Below are positions 1 through 13,555 of a stretch of 64,000 nucleotides of DNA, piece after piece (positions within the stretch are counted from its first letter, which is position 1; each line of letters opens with the position of its first letter). The position numbers were made by a program, and so were the translations under genes. The stretch lies in NCBI GenBank assembly GCA_963825865.1, contig CAWGVG010000008.1, positions 1 to 64,000 of the forward strand, given 5' to 3'. The notes under the pieces were generated by a model. It was given only the letters and a program-made list of their open reading frames with translations. It did no database searches and was not told the DNA's origin. This DNA is from an uncultured Nitrososphaeraceae archaeon. GTDB taxonomy: Archaea > Thermoproteota > Nitrososphaeria > Nitrososphaerales > Nitrososphaeraceae.

Positions 1-72
1 AAGTAAAATACTAACAAAAAGTGCATTTCCATATCATATTATCTCGCTGGCGCCTTTACCAATTTTCAGCCA

Positions 73-1175
73 TCACCTGGGCATTAGCGATATCTGTAGG
101 TAAAGCAAAATCATGGCCAACAACAGGGTGGGTACAGAAACCATCGCTCCAGGCTTTATCCATTCTGCCAGCGTTATGTGCCCGACCTTTTGTCTTTCCA
201 GCATACCAAGAGCAACTATGTTCGCAGTGCTCCCTATCAGTGAGATTTCCAAAGATGTACCTCCAAAGAGCAACCCCCACCACAGCGGATAGTTATATAT
301 TCCAAGCTCTGACATACTATTTACAATTGGTATGAATGTTGCAACTGCAAAGTATGTTGTCCATGAGTGCGCCCAGTCCACTAGCTACGATGGTAAACAG
401 AATGAAGACCGTTGATTCATCGCCACCGCTTGGAGCAAAGATGCTATTTGCTATCAGAGAAGTTATGCCCGTGATTTGAAGAGTTCCAACTGATGCAAAT
501 AAAAAGATGGTAAAGAAGCTAACAGTCCACCAGTCTACTCTTCTTTCTACCAGCTCTCTCGCTTTGTCACGATTGACGAAAAGCGTTATGCGAGGAGCGC
601 ACTGTGTAACCAAGAAGCATAGAGTTCTTTTCTAGTCCCAGTAAGGATTCAGCAGGTCCATGAACTACCAGGCCTGCAATTGTGCCTATAAATAATATCC
701 AGGGGAGTCTAAATGATGGTTTTTTGTCTCCCATCTTACCAGTAGTCTCGATGTTGTTTGTATGCACTTGTAGCGCATGCCCTAACTTCTTTATGTCCTT
801 TGAAAAATACTTCAAAGATATTGGAATTGCAACTGCAAGGCCAAGTATTGAAATGGGGGTTGCCCACCGTAGGAAATCAATAAACGTCAGCTTGGCTCTC
901 ATTGCTACCAGTACCCCCATGGGTTACCCACTACTGTGGCGCTGTCTCCCAATATTCGTTGCGAATACTATCATTATTACAAATGGTATGGGATTCACCT
1001 TCAGGCGAGCTGTCAAGTGCAGCACAGTGGCAGTCATGAAGAGTATGGATGTTACCTCGTCCACGAGCGCTGCAAACATTCCAGACATCAGCATCAGAAT
1101 TATAATAAGCTTCTTTGGATTATTGCCTACACTTTTCAGAATTTTTTCAAGTAGATGTTCAAAGAAGTGCCTCCA
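73..1175 (-). pseudogene. ArsB/NhaD (SLC13/CitMHS-like) ion transporter, 5'-truncated and frameshifted
   Basis: Consecutive hydrophobic ORFs (924..1196, 567..920, 317..613, 73..381, 56..283) carry AALVDEVTSIL, FATNIG(SS)ATVVGNP, GALMDNI, GGN..LIGSTANIVALG; N-terminal helices absent. Confidence 0.85.
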
Positions 1176-1886
1176 ATATGGTATACTTGTTAACATACTT
1201 CTTGGTGGCTTTAACCATTTCCACTAGATGTGGGCAGAATCCTAAGGTCAGCTTTAGTTAGATGGAAAAGGGATTATGATCAGTCTACAAAAATTGCTGC
1301 AAAAATTGGAATAGCTATATCATATGGATTCATGGGTTTTGGTTTTATATCTATGCTTTTTGGTTCATCTATTGGCGGAATATGGGTGTTACTTATAGGT
1401 TGGTTCTTGAATAGCGGAGCTCAATCTTACATTACACAACATGAATTAACATCTATTTTATCTGGTATCACATTAGGAAATGTGATGAATAGCAGAATTA
1501 TTTCTGTAAGAAAAGATACACATGTTGATCATCTAATACATGATTACTTTAATACGTATACAAAAGACTCGTTTCCGGTGGTAGACAATTATGGTCGGCT
1601 AGTTGGTCTGGTTACGTTTAAAGATGCGTGGAATATACAAGAACAGAAAAGAAATTCAGTGCAGATAGCAGATATCATGATCGAAAAACCAAATATAATA
1701 ATCATGCAGACAGACAGGACAGCAGATGACGCACTTAAATATATGAGCAGAAGACATATGAGCAGAGTATTTATTTGCGACCAGGAAGGAAAGTTGATTG
1801 GATTGGTAAGTAAAACAGATATTTTGAACGCAGCAAGTGAGCGGAAAGAATATGTGAAGGCAGTAAAGAAATTTAACGTTAGTTAG
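1176..1886 (+). pseudogene. Site-2 protease (M50) C-terminal half fused to CBS pair; HExxH half missing
   Basis: VNILLGGFN..FPLD(G)GRILRS (NPDG-type motif with small deletion), TM helices, then two CBS domains (GRLVGLVTFKD, GKLIGLVSKTDI). Confidence 0.8.
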
Positions 1887-2005
1887 ACACAAAGAAGGAA
1901 ACAAGTCTGTTCTTGAATGACTAATCTCATAGCGATCAGTTTGTCCCAGCTTTTTTCATCTGTTACATGCGGTTTTATAGTCTTTGAACAACAGCCAATA
2001 TCTAT

Positions 2006-2575
2006 CTACATGGAAGATTTGTCTCTTAATCTCATAGTCCAGTTTGTAAGATTTTGAAGTAGTTGTTTTAAAAATTTGCTGGTATTCTCATCAATTAAAT
2101 TGCCATTTGCATCAAATTTGTTCTGTGCGAATGTGACTATTACCTCTGGTCCATTAACTGGATGCATGTTCAAGAATACAAACATCTGACGTAAATGATA
2201 TTGTGCTCTTGCACCACCAAGCATTCCAATGGATGCACTCATTATTGCTACTGGTTTGTCATCGAATGGATTATCTCCATATGGTCTTGATGCAAAATCA
2301 ATTGCATTCTTTAAGACACCTGGAACAGAATAGTTATACTCTGGAGTAGCAACCAATATGGCATCTGCTTCTCTTATTTTTGATTTAAACTCCTATACCT
2401 TTGGAGGCATATTCATCTCGAGATCCTGATTAAAGGGAGGAATACCACCAAGGTCAAATATTTCCATGGCAGAATTCTCTGGAAGCAAATTAGTGGCTGC
2501 ACGTAAAAGAGCTTTATTATACGATCCAACCCTAAGACTTCCCGCAAAACCTAGAATTTTTAACTTAGCTTCCAC
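2006..2575 (-). pseudogene. NADPH-dependent FMN reductase with in-frame TAG at 2393-2395
   Basis: GSLRVGSYN, ATPEYNYSVPGVLKNAID, GMLGGARAQYHLR; both ORFs are in one frame separated by a single TAG (PKV*EFKSKIREADA). Confidence 0.9.
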
Positions 2576-2766
2576 TCCTGTCCACTTGCGATTAGTTAAA
2601 ACAAATGAGGATTATGAACCTTTTGTCATCTCTAAATTTGTGCACTGACGAGAGATTATGTGATTATAGCTGTTGCAGAGTTGTCAGTCTTTACAAAATC
2701 TGCTATCAATAATGACAGCAGCACTTTTAGCCCTGTTGTAAGGTTGATGAACCCTTTGCTTAATGT

Positions 2767-3621
2767 TCAATTAATAGTAAATGCTAATGCTTTGACTATG
2801 TCAGTTCTAGTGATTATGCCTGCTAGGTTACTAGCATTATTTGAATACTGTACCACTGGAAGACCACTTATTCTATTTCTTATCATTATTTGTGCAGCTT
2901 GGGCCAAATCGGTATTCTTTGCAATGGTTATGGGATAATATTTCATTATATCTTCTGCTAGGAAAACGGCCTTTATACCGGAGGGTATATTTTGCCTGCG
3001 GGATATCAATTCCTCTTCAGTAGTCCAATATTTTCCAGCTATTCGAGTTCCAAAAAGTACACTGAGAGGTAGCAAGTCATACCCTGTTATGATTCCAACA
3101 GGCTTACGATTTCTTGTTACCACAACCCTTGATAACTCCCTGTCAGCCATAAGCTGGAGGATCGTATGTAGATTTTCATCGGGCGCTACTGTGATGACTT
3201 TTTTAGTCATGTATTCCTCTACTGTGCTCTTTTTTGGATAATATTTTGCATATACATCTACCATATCGCTTTTTGTGAATATGCCTTTTAGTCCGTTATC
3301 AATAATATCGACGACTATTATAGAGCTAATTTTGTTCTCTAACATCAACTTTGCGCAGACTGTCAACTCATCTTCTTCTGTAGATAATATCAGATTTTTG
3401 TTCATTATATCATCTAACCTGAATTCGTGTAGGCGTCTATTCGGCATTTCTCTGAATAAGAATCTCGAAATATCTTTCTCTGTAACGATTCCCAAGGGTT
3501 TGTTATCTTTAGCAACAACAACTCTGCTAATGTTATATCTAAGTAAGACATTACGGGCCTCATAAAGTGTGTTATCTGGCTCTAGTGTGATAGCTAACTA
3601 CATCTTTGCTTTTGGTTGCAT
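2767..3621 (-). CDS. Four-CBS-domain protein (frameshift near 3590)
   Basis: Four CBS motifs (LGIVTEKD, KGIFTKSD, VGIITGYD, AGIITRTD); frame extends upstream to ITLEPDNTL and a likely start MQPKAKDVVS at 3621 in another frame. Confidence 0.8.
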
Positions 3622-4450
3622 GAAGAATCGATACGCTATACGGTTTATTTCTTGTTATTAAATGGTATTAGCATTTATTAGATCTAAAACATTAAAATTA
3701 TATAATAATAAAACAAGATCTAACAGGACCTTAAGCTCTCTACCACCTGTTTTTTGATTTATGACTGACTTTGACAATATCGTTTACTGCAATACCAACT
3801 GGAGCGCCTAGACCATTTAATGAATTTGCCATTGCTGTCAAACCTTTGATACAAAATTCATAGAAAACACGAAACGGTCCAGTCTTTAATTGCCGATGCG
3901 GACAAATATAAAACTCGTAAATATTCTCTAAGAGCTAAAATAATTTTTTTCTCACATGTTATCGGCGCAAAGGCTGTAGGTTATGATCCTTTAAGTGCAG
4001 CCAAGAAGTTAATATCAGTTACTTGAGAGGCGAATGAAAGTATGAGTGTGGCAAAAGAACTCGATCAAGACAACAATTCAATATGAGACATCTATATCAT
4101 AACTCTAATCTAGCGTAATGTACACAGGTTTATGGCAGAACACTAAAACCTGTATTGGCAATTGGTATACTAATACAAAATCACATACTGAAGGTCATGC
4201 TCTCTGAATTAGTATAACACATCAAAGACATTTCAAATAAAATTATTAAAAATGAGATATATCAAATACTACTCAAAAAAAACCGTAACCATTATTGTCA
4301 AACTAGATACTCCTATCCTAATTGTAAAACTTATGATTGAGTCAAAATTGATTGAGGATATATTGGTGAGCTAATCAGCCACAAATAACTCAGATGGAAT
4401 AACTTAACCTGTATTTGAATCTTAATCACTTTGTTGTTAGCATCTGATCT

Positions 4451-4966
4451 TTATATCCTATGCAAAATATCTGAAAACCAATATTGACCAAATTGGTCAT
4501 GTATTGGGCTTTTTTGTCCCACAAGCACCTTATCCTCTAGCAAACTGGGTATGAGAGTTTGATTATTCATTATTACATTGAAGAGATCTTTATTTGTGAT
4601 TATTCCTATTGCTTTTTCGTTTTCAACTATGACAAGCCTGCGAATATTTTTTTGTTGCATGATCTGTATTGCATCTTTAAGAGAGTTCTTTGAAGTAATT
4701 GTAACTAATGGTTTGCTCATTAACTCACGAAGTGGTAGTTTTAATAATGATAGATCAAGGGTGCCTATTATACGTACGACATCTCTTTCTGTGATTATAC
4801 CTGTTGGTTTGTAATTGTCGTTATGATTATCCTTTTTTACAATAACTATACATCCAATGTTATTCTGATGCATATTTCTACAAGCACTTTGAATATTTTG
4901 ATCTTCTGTTTCTGTTTTTACATTTTTTGTCATGAAAGTAGAGACTGATACGGACTCTATACTCAT
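4451..4966 (-). CDS. CBS-pair protein
   Basis: Intact 171 aa ORF with GIITERD and GIITNKD. Confidence 0.9.
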   Translation of the reverse strand: MSIESVSVSTFMTKNVKTETEDQNIQSACRNMHQNNIGCIVIVKKDNHNDNYKPTGIITERDVVRIIGTLDLSLLKLPLRELMSKPLVTITSKNSLKDAIQIMQQKNIRRLVIVENEKAIGIITNKDLFNVIMNNQTLIPSLLEDKVLVGQKSPIHDQFGQYWFSDILHRI

Positions 4967-5139
4967 AGTTGTGTTCTAACTGCTTCCTATGCTGTAAAGT
5001 ATAATAGCATTGTGATGTGACTCAATACATAGTTCATATTTACTGATAACGTAATCAAAATTATACATTTCTCTTCCAAGATTTTTTCATTCTTCTAGTG
5101 GGAAACGGTACAAAACTCTAGATGAAATTTCTCGTTAGT

Positions 5140-5522
5140 GGTTGTAGCTGCAACAAGCTGCATGTTATCAAAAAACCAAATGGATTGACAGTAGTCATCA
5201 TGAACTTGTTCAGGGGTCATAAGAAATGCTATTTCACTATTTTGCCGACATTAATTCTTGAAGAATTCCGAAACGCTCAAACTTTGACAAGGGGGCGTTG
5301 GAAGTTGCTCACAAACTCACCAAAAGAATTGTGGATGTTAAATTTGTTGAATTGAGAAAGATTCACTATAATGTAATGAGTAGAGTTATGGATATGAATG
5401 ACGCTGACATTTTAACAGGCCGCGCAAAATCAGTTTCGGCAAGACATTATGCTCTTTATGAATTAGATAGGCTAACTGACACATATATTCAAGGCTGGCA
5501 AAGATTAGGTATCACATTCTGA
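5140..5522 (+). pseudogene. C-terminal half of SSV1-like archaeal tyrosine integrase
   Basis: NLFRGHKKCYFTILP, then after a frameshift LRKIHY...DILTGRAKSVSARHY, matching the RK...GR...HY catalytic pattern. Confidence 0.7.
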
Positions 5523-5954
5523 AGTGAAACTAAAGAATCAAAGTTGGTATCATTTTCGGCTTTACATGGTGATGGTATAAACGAAAAAAAGGATTCTAAC
5601 ATGGCGATACAATATATCCTACAGATCAATATTCCGCTATTTTGCTAAATAGAATATCAAAGGGAAATTTGAATATAAATAGGCAACTAAGAGATTAGAA
5701 TTATAGTTGCAGCTGTGCACACCACCTCTGCAACCGAAGCCTTTCAAGTATTTGAAATTACCGTATTCAGGGTCAAGGAATTACAAGTTGATGTGGGTAA
5801 CAACAACCATTTGTATTTGTAGAATAGATGAATATCGTTCTACTACTATAAAGCTCTTCGCTATTTGATAAAAAATAACCCTCTTGTCAAGATAGAGCAC
5901 AAAAAAATAAAAAATGGATCTTATAATCCTATTGTTCTTTAGATGATACTTTTG

Positions 5955-7779
5955 CTATGGCAAACCAAATGCAACCAGCGATCCTATCGGTCCGCCTGAC
6001 ACACCAGTAGGTACAAATAGCATTCCATTTCCTATGGATGCACCACCAATACCTATTGCTGATCCTACATTAAATTGCCATAGTATTTTTCCATTATTTT
6101 TATCGAGTGCCATAATTATTCCGGATTGAAGAATTGGGCTTTCCATCGGTAGTCCAAACGTGTTTGCAGTGTAAGGCTTTCCTGACGAGGTTATATACCC
6201 TGAAATTAATATGCCATTAGTAACTAGAGGAGAAACTCGAGTTGGAAATTCTATTGGTGTCTGCCATCTTATTTTGCCTGTTTTTATATCTATTGAAGTT
6301 ATGGTGCCGTTTCCAATGCCACTTTTAGTTGCATTTATTACAGGTTCTGCGAACGCGTTTTCCCCATTTAAAAAGAAATTTTGAGTAGTGCTTGTTGTAG
6401 CAAGGTATAACAAATTATCGTTATCCACTGCGTGATAGGCTTGTACGCCTCCACTTGCTCCTGGAATTACTAGGCCGCTGCCATTTATTTGAGGATCAAC
6501 ATTATTTCCATAAATGACACCAACAACTGTCCACCAAATTGGTTTACCAGTAGCTGCGTCCATTGCTATCACATCACCTCTTTTATCTCCCCCTACCACT
6601 ATTTTCTTTAAAGTCACCATTATCAAACCTTACATTAGTCATAGTGCATCCCCAGCCGGCATCATGATCAAAAGTATCAGGTATTTTGACATTTTTCAAC
6701 ACAGTTCCTTGTGCAATAAATGGCGTTGCCCATACCAGCTTACCATTTGTTATATTGATTGCTAACATATGATTAGCATACAGTTGCTGTCCTTGTCTAG
6801 TCGTTGCATTAAAGTCTGGGGTAGCATTTCCTGCTGGCAAATATAGTAACCCCGTCTGAGGATCGAATGAACCTCCTGACCACGTTGTGGCACCACCACT
6901 AGGAGGAGATTTGCCAGGACCTACCCAACTGCCAACTGTAGTTTTAAAGTTCCACAAAATATGACCGTCAGTTCGACTTAGAGACGTTACATTTCCCTGT
7001 ACCTCTCCTGTATTTGGCGGATTGTCTCCTCCTGCTGAGCCTACAACAACATAATCTTTCCAGACTATCGGCGGGGAATTTACTCCATAACCTATGCTAG
7101 AAGGACCTAATATTGGAGATTTCCAAATTATCTTACCATTTGTAGCGTTTATTGCTACAACTGTTGAGGCAGTACCAGAATCAGCAAATATAACTCCCTT
7201 ATCGTATGATAATCCATGCATACCACCACCTCCATTACCTGTTTTTGTTTTCCATAGATTCAAACCGGTTTTTGAATCAAATGCGAGCACTATTGCTTTG
7301 TTATCTTGAACATATACTCTATCCCCAATAACTAGTGGAGGTTGTTCTATGCCAGACTGATCATTAAATATCCATTTTACTCGTAGTTTCTCGACATTGT
7401 CCTTCCCAATTATTGTTTGATTACTACTTCTGGTACCAAAGGCCATAATCCAATTGTTTTTATTTTCAGGTTCAGTTCCCAAAGTAGATGTTGTCGACGG
7501 TGGTAATGTTTTGTTCAGAGGAGCATTCATTTGATCTAATATTTTGGTTACTTCTGCATTGTATCTTTTCTGTTCTGGTACTTGTTGTTGAGTAGGCGCT
7601 TGTTCTTGCCCTACATTTTGAGTATTGCCGGCTATTGGAGATGAAGAGTTTGAGCTATTTGATTGGTTTTGCTGTTCTTCTTGTGCAAATACAGTATTAA
7701 AGAGGCCTGAAATCGCACTATTTGTTATTGTCGTGAGGATTAGCGCTGAAACTAAAAAGAATAAAGTTTTAGTTAACAT
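5955..7779 (-). CDS. Secreted PQQ-binding beta-propeller (quinoprotein dehydrogenase-like), one frameshift near 6605
   Basis: Signal peptide, repeated A.D..TG...W motifs, GGATTWSGGSFDPQTGLLYLPAGNATP, DHD; two overlapping ORFs. Confidence 0.85.
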
Positions 7780-8261
7780 TTTCTATGATATATCGAAAAT
7801 ATTATATTTAATCTTTTTTCAAATCTTTGCAAAAAGTGAATAAAATAAGGAAATATCGGTGGTCGGGATCACATCAACGCCTGTAATCGATGCTACTAGG
7901 TATAACATATATGTGGTTGCTAAGAGTCAAGAGAGAAAGAGAGCCATCTAGAGAATACAAAAAAAAGATGCAATGTAAATATCAATACTCTACGAGAATA
8001 CGAGAGAAATAAACCTGTAGCAGACAATTTAACGGCAACGAAAAGGGAACTAGAACATGAAATGGTTTGGAAACGGAAAGAAGAACAATATACATGGTCA
8101 GTTCTTGCAACAGAGTTAGATAAAGCCAACAGAGATCTTTGTTACAGTTGAATTGTTACAGGCACCTAAAGAACCTCCTCCTTGAAGTATTAAGACATTC
8201 TCAATCGTATCAGACATGGCGAAATTTTCTGACCTTTGATATCAACAATTTATGCTCCAAA

Positions 8262-9687
8262 TCACTCGACATGGTGCTCATAAATCAACTGATCGTAGAA
8301 CCTAACAGATTTTATGTTTACAAATTCAAGCATCCCATATCTGGATAATTCTCTACCAAATCCACTATTCTTTACACCTCCAAATGGAACTCGAGGATCT
8401 GAAATTACTACATTGTTTACAGTAACCATTCCTGATTGAACCAATGACGATAATCTTTCTGCCTTATCTAAATCCTGAGTCCATATACTTGCTCCAAGAC
8501 CAAATTTAGAATCATTTGCAATTGTGATAGCTTCTTTTTCGTCATCAGCTGTAATTATTGGAGCAACAGGACCAAATACTTCTTCCTGTGCTATTTCCAT
8601 ATGAGGAAATACATTCTTAAGGATAGTTGGACGGAAGAAGTAGCCTTTGTTTTTTATTCTTTCTCCTCCTGTAAGAAGTTCTGCTCCTTCCTTCACAGTT
8701 CTATTTACTATACCTTCCATATTTTCAAGGCTTTTAGCATTAACAACAGGTCCAATATCTGTATCATCTGATAGAGGATCTCCTACTTTGAGTCTTTCAG
8801 TCTTTTGTACAAATTTTTCGGTAAATTCGTTTGCTACTTTTTTACTAACAATAAATCTCTTTGATGCTATACAGCTCTGTCCACAATTAATAAATCGTAC
8901 CTTTGACAGCACCAGTAGATGCTTTTTCAATATCTGCATCTTCACATACTATAAAAGGATCACTTCCACCTAATTCCAAAACTGTCTTCTTTATTTGCGA
9001 AGTAGCTCTCTGTGCTACTTTAGCACCTACTGGAACACTTCCAGTGAAAGTTACTGCGTTAATGCCATCTGAATCTATAAGTGTCTCTGCGGCGCTAGAA
9101 TCTCCAACAAGTGTTTGAAAAACTCCTTGTGGCACTCCAGCTTTATCAAAGGTTTTTTCAATTTCTATTCCACATTGCATTGTAGCGCTTGCAGGTTTCA
9201 ATACAATAGTGTTACCAACCATTAATGAAGGAGCAGCAAACCTTAGTCCCTGCCAGTAAGGAAAATTCCATGGCATTATACTTCCTATTACACCAAGCGG
9301 TTCAAATGTTATGATACTTTTTCTTGCATCTGTATTAACAACTTCGCCAGTAGCAAATATTTTTCCATGATCTGCAAAATATTCTATTGCCCATGCACAT
9401 TTCTCTACCTCAGATCTGGATTCTTTTATTGCTTTTCCCATCTCCAATGTAGCAGTTTTGGCTAGATTTTCTTTGTTCTTTCTAAGTTCTTTAGCAAATG
9501 CATAGAGGAAATCTGCACGCTTATCAATATCCTTTTTCCATTCTAAGAATGCATTTTTTGATTTCTTTACTGTATCATTTAGTTGTTCTTTGCTAATTAT
9601 TGTATACTCATTAAGAACCTCTTCTGTGGCTGGGTTGATTGTCTTTAATTTTTTATCATTATTAGTTGCTATTGTTGCTGTTGACAA
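8262..9687 (-). CDS. NAD(P)-dependent aldehyde dehydrogenase (succinate-semialdehyde dehydrogenase-like), frameshift near 8900
   Basis: MPWNFP, FTGS, LELGGSDP, NCGQSC, EEVFGP, PFGGVKNSGFGRE. Confidence 0.9.
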
Positions 9688-9975
9688 TGAGTCTTTTACA
9701 GCATCATCCTTTATGGACTTATCACTCCTCTCCTGATGATTTATTGTAATTCTTGAATATGTTACGTAGAATTATCTTGTTGTTATGTCTAGTAATTTTT
9801 TAAATACTGCATTCATTCATGTTACATATATTGTTACATATACTATATGATAAAAGGTAAATGGCCGGCTCAATGATCTTCATTTTGCTTTAGCATAGTC
9901 GTGCTTTTGTTAGCATAATAAGTCAATGAAGATAAAAAGTGATAAATAAAATAACTTACTGGTCTTTTTTAGCAT

Positions 9976-11012
9976 ATGAGAGGAGCTATTTCGAAAAACC
10001 CGGTTTGGAGAATCTAAAGGTTATAGATAACGCGGAACAGCCAAAAATAAGCGATCATGATATACTGATAAAAGTTAAAATGGCTGGTGTAAATCCGATA
10101 GACAGTTTTGTAGTTTCTGGCGCATTGCCAAAATTAAATCCTCTTCCACATATACCAGGAGCAGAGTCAACTGGCATAGTAGAAGAGTTTGGTAGTCATG
10201 TAAATAGTAATAATGATAGTAGTACTAACATCAAGAAAGGGGATAGAGTAGTAGTTCACAACAAAGTATTTGATGGAACTTGTGATATGTGCATAAATGG
10301 TCTTGATATGATTTGCAGAAACGGTGGATTGATTGGCGCAATTACCAATGGTGGATTTGCAGAATATATTGCAGTACCGGAAAGGAACGTGTTTAAAATA
10401 CCTGATGATATGGATTGGGACTTGGCTGCAAGCTTACCGGTGACCTCTTTAACACCCTATCATGCTTTAAATGAAGCTTCACTGAAATTAAATGAAAATC
10501 TACTTGTCTTTGGTGCCTCTGGAAATACTGGAATGGTAGCGGTACAACTAGGCAAGAAAATGGGAGCAAAGGTTATTGCAGTTTCCAAAGACAACTGGAT
10601 AAAGACTGATTTTGGAGCAGATTACATTATAAGTGATTATAACAAAGTAGTTGAGAACGTAAAAGATATTACTCAAGGAAAGATGGCAGATGTAGTAGTT
10701 AATTCTTTAGGTATTGGTACATGGGATAGTAGCTTTGCATCTGTTGGTATTAATGGAAGGTGGGTAGCGTTTGGAGGTTTGACTGGTGCAGATGTTAAAC
10801 TAAATGTCCCGGCTCTCTATTCTAAACAAATAAAACTAATAGGTTCTACCGGCGGTACAAGAAAAGAACTACAAGAACTCATAGATATATCGTCATCCAA
10901 GCAACTAAAAGTTAGAATATGGAAAAAGTTTAAGCTTGAAGATGCTAAAGAAGCACTACAGTCATTATTTGCAAAAGAAAGAGATGGCAGAATTCTTTTG
11001 GATGTAGCTTAA
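9976..11012 (+). CDS. Zn-dependent alcohol dehydrogenase (MDR family)
   Basis: PHIPGAE, DGTCDMC...MIC structural Zn site, GASGNTG; likely start MRGAIFEKPG at 9976 with a 1-nt slip. Confidence 0.9.
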
Positions 11013-11017
11013 TAAAT

Positions 11018-11200
11018 CTTATCGGAGCTACTCAAGGAACACGTGCAGGATTAGAAAAGGTAATCAAGTGTACAAGTAAAGGAAAAATAAAAGCAATAAT
11101 AGATACGGTTTATCCTTTCGAAGATATGGTATTGGGTCACATAAAAATGATGGAGTCACAATTGTTCGGAAAGCTGATTACCAATCCACAAAAGTTATGA
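11018..11200 (+). pseudogene. C-terminal fragment of a second MDR oxidoreductase
   Basis: Hand translation LIGATQGTRAGLEKVIKCTSKGKIKAIIDTVYPFEDMVLGHIKMMESQLFGKLITNPQKL*; no start. Confidence 0.75.
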
Positions 11201-11636
11201 TTCAATGGGTTTGAATTTTCTCATTAACCAATGATCTTGCGTTGGTGTGGAGGCCGAAACTATTTCGGTTGTTGCCATTGATAAGCCCATATTATACGAA
11301 GAATCATCTAGTAAGCATTTGTGTACATTGATAAATCTATACACATAATCAGTTACCTACATTAGCGTACAGTTACTGTGCATGTCTTGGCATCGCCTTC
11401 ATTTACGGTGCCAGCACAATCAGGGGATACTGGATGTGTACTGATGTCTAGTATTTGTCGTAATTGTTTTAGTTTCAGTACCGCCATATGAATTTGCGGC
11501 CAATTGAACATCAACTCCTGATTCGTAAGGGTCTGTTGGAGATATGTCGCTTTCCGTTCACATGCATAGTATAGCATGGTGCTTCAAAACTAGATCAAGT
11601 AACAACAAAATAGGGATTTTAGCAAACAGTAATTCT

Positions 11637-11785
11637 TCATTTTTCTAACCCTGTCGAATTGTCAAGGAATAACTTTGGTGCATGATGGTTTGTGGTAGAA
11701 TTAAACATGTTTAGAATTGATCCAGCTTTAACATCAAAGGACTGATTTCCTATACGTCCTAGATTCCAATTATCTTGTTTACTAC
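11637..11785 (-). pseudogene. C-terminal fragment of phosphoesterase/phospholipase C-like protein
   Basis: Hand translation DNWNLGRIGNQSFDVKAGSILNMFNSTTNHHAPKLFLDNSTGLEK*. Confidence 0.55.
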
Positions 11786-12204
11786 AGACCAAAGACTTTA
11801 TAGAACATTTGCACAATTTCCCTACATATCTTCTGGTTCAACTGGCGTTGTTGAATTTGATTACAATTTTCCTACCGGCATCCCATTAGGGATGTATGTG
11901 GGGAAATGGATTATTTTCAATCGCGACCATCATGGCCTCAACTCATAAATCGATAGAATGAGTACAGATGTAGAAATAGTTTGATTTGTTATGCAGATGC
12001 TCTTGATTTTCGACATCTGCGATTACATTTAGCAGATACCATTTTTATATATAATATTGCCTGAAGTGGTAGTAGCGTCCCATTCGGTATACGATAATGC
12101 GGCAGACCAGGTTAATGCTCATAGAACTTCACAAATCTTATCTATATTTCCTATGATTCTACTACAGGAAAATACACCCTTCTACCAGAGCAAGCTCTTG
12201 TTAT

Positions 12205-12285
12205 CAACCTTTTGCTCCTTAATTCAAATACCTGGTTTCTACGCCACTCAACTTGTATGTTTGTGCTTCTGTTTAACCCCTATTC
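12205..12285 (-). pseudogene. N-terminal remnant of HTH/small-terminase-like protein
   Basis: Hand translation ..VEWRRNQVFELRSK.., resembling the WRR-HTH family of Nitrososphaeraceae elements. Confidence 0.45.
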
Positions 12286-12289
12286 AATA

Positions 12290-12660
12290 TTATTTCCCAA
12301 GAAGCAGACAAGCACATACACGACTATGAAAATATGGAGGAATTCCTTTTGTATTGGATATTTTGTCTGCAATTGACTGCTTTCTGCATTTTTTCCACTT
12401 GCCATTATCATATTGATAAAACTCTTTTCTGATTACAGAAAAAATCCGTGTTAAGTTGTCAAGGCTCAATTCATTGTAAATTCTATGCTCTTGTTTTTTT
12501 ATTTTGTTACCGTATGGCAATGTTGCAATAAGAAGACCATCTTTCTTTAACACGCGATAAATCTCTGAAATAGCCAGCATATCTCCTAGCTCATCACTTT
12601 GCCTAATATTGTAATAATCGGAAGGAATTCCAATATGTTCAATAGTGCTTATACAAAATA
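12290..12660 (-). pseudogene. Class I SAM methyltransferase, C-terminal fragment
   Basis: CISTIEHIGI...GDMLAISEIYRVLKKDGLLIATLPYG; SAM-binding motif I absent. Confidence 0.7.
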
Positions 12661-12982
12661 TCGTTTACTTCAGACAGTCTTTCATGTGGAATAATGATTT
12701 CTATCTGCTTCATGTTGTTAATCTCTTATAATCTCAGTTATAAGGTTCTATAAGCGACCTTGCTCATTTATCATAAGCACAAGAAAGAAAAAGTCCTAGC
12801 AAATTTAGATGAGTCTAAATGCACTTCACATAATAATCCTGAGATGGAAAACAATATCGATCCGAACATATAGAGATTGATGATATGATGATAACTATTC
12901 AGAAGTAACACTAACCAAATGGAAAAATGTTTGGTTTTTTGTTACTCAAGATTCTTAATGCTATTAACCAATAAACTCTAGT

Positions 12983-13555
12983 TTAATGTGTTATATCTAA
13001 CTCTGCCGATAATCTTTTAGCCAAATAATCTATTGTAACTGGCTTTTTGATAAAACATCCTATACTTAATGTAGGATAGATCTCTCTTAAAGCTTCTATA
13101 TTTGTGTCACCTGCAGTAATAAAGCAAATCCTCACATTAATGTCTATTTTTAATATCCTGTTGCATAATTCAAAGCCATTCATTTTTGGCATATTTATAT
13201 CCACCAATAACAAATCGTAAAAATGGGGCTTGAATGCAAATAAGGCTTCTAATGGATCAGTATATGCATACACGTCAAATGATTTATCTTCTAAACCTAT
13301 TTTGAAGGCTAAAGTAATATCAGGATCATCATCTACAATAAGAATCCTTTTGAGAAATGGTAATGGTTCTTCTCTTCTTCCTCTTCCTCTTTCTATAGGA
13401 GCGGCATTTGAATTTGATTCTTGATTTTGTAAATGGCGGGAAGAAGATTCATAATGATAATGCTCCTGATGATCATTGTTATCATTATTCGAATAAGAAC
13501 TCTCTTTACCTAAAATGGCATAAGAATAATAGTTTTTAGCTTGTGTGGTTATCAT
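12983..13555 (-). CDS. Single-domain response regulator with low-complexity N-terminal extension
   Basis: ILIVDDD, DINMPKMNGFE, FITA, FIKKP. Confidence 0.9.
   Translation of the reverse strand: MITTQAKNYYSYAILGKESSYSNNDNNDHQEHYHYESSSRHLQNQESNSNAAPIERGRGRREEPLPFLKRILIVDDDPDITLAFKIGLEDKSFDVYAYTDPLEALFAFKPHFYDLLLVDINMPKMNGFELCNRILKIDINVRICFITAGDTNIEALREIYPTLSIGCFIKKPVTIDYLAKRLSAELDITH

Noticed and set aside
682-1227. Antisense ORFs such as 682..1227, 8647..8973, 22956..23321, 54894..55493, 58408..58596
   Set aside because: Shadows of recognisable genes on the opposite strand, with no motifs.
2393-2395. Amber read-through (pyrrolysine) in the FMN reductase
   Set aside because: No pyl genes; a single substitution or sequencing error explains it.
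4040-4170. Possible PurE-like remnant
   Set aside because: Only scattered resemblance across several frames; too degraded to support.
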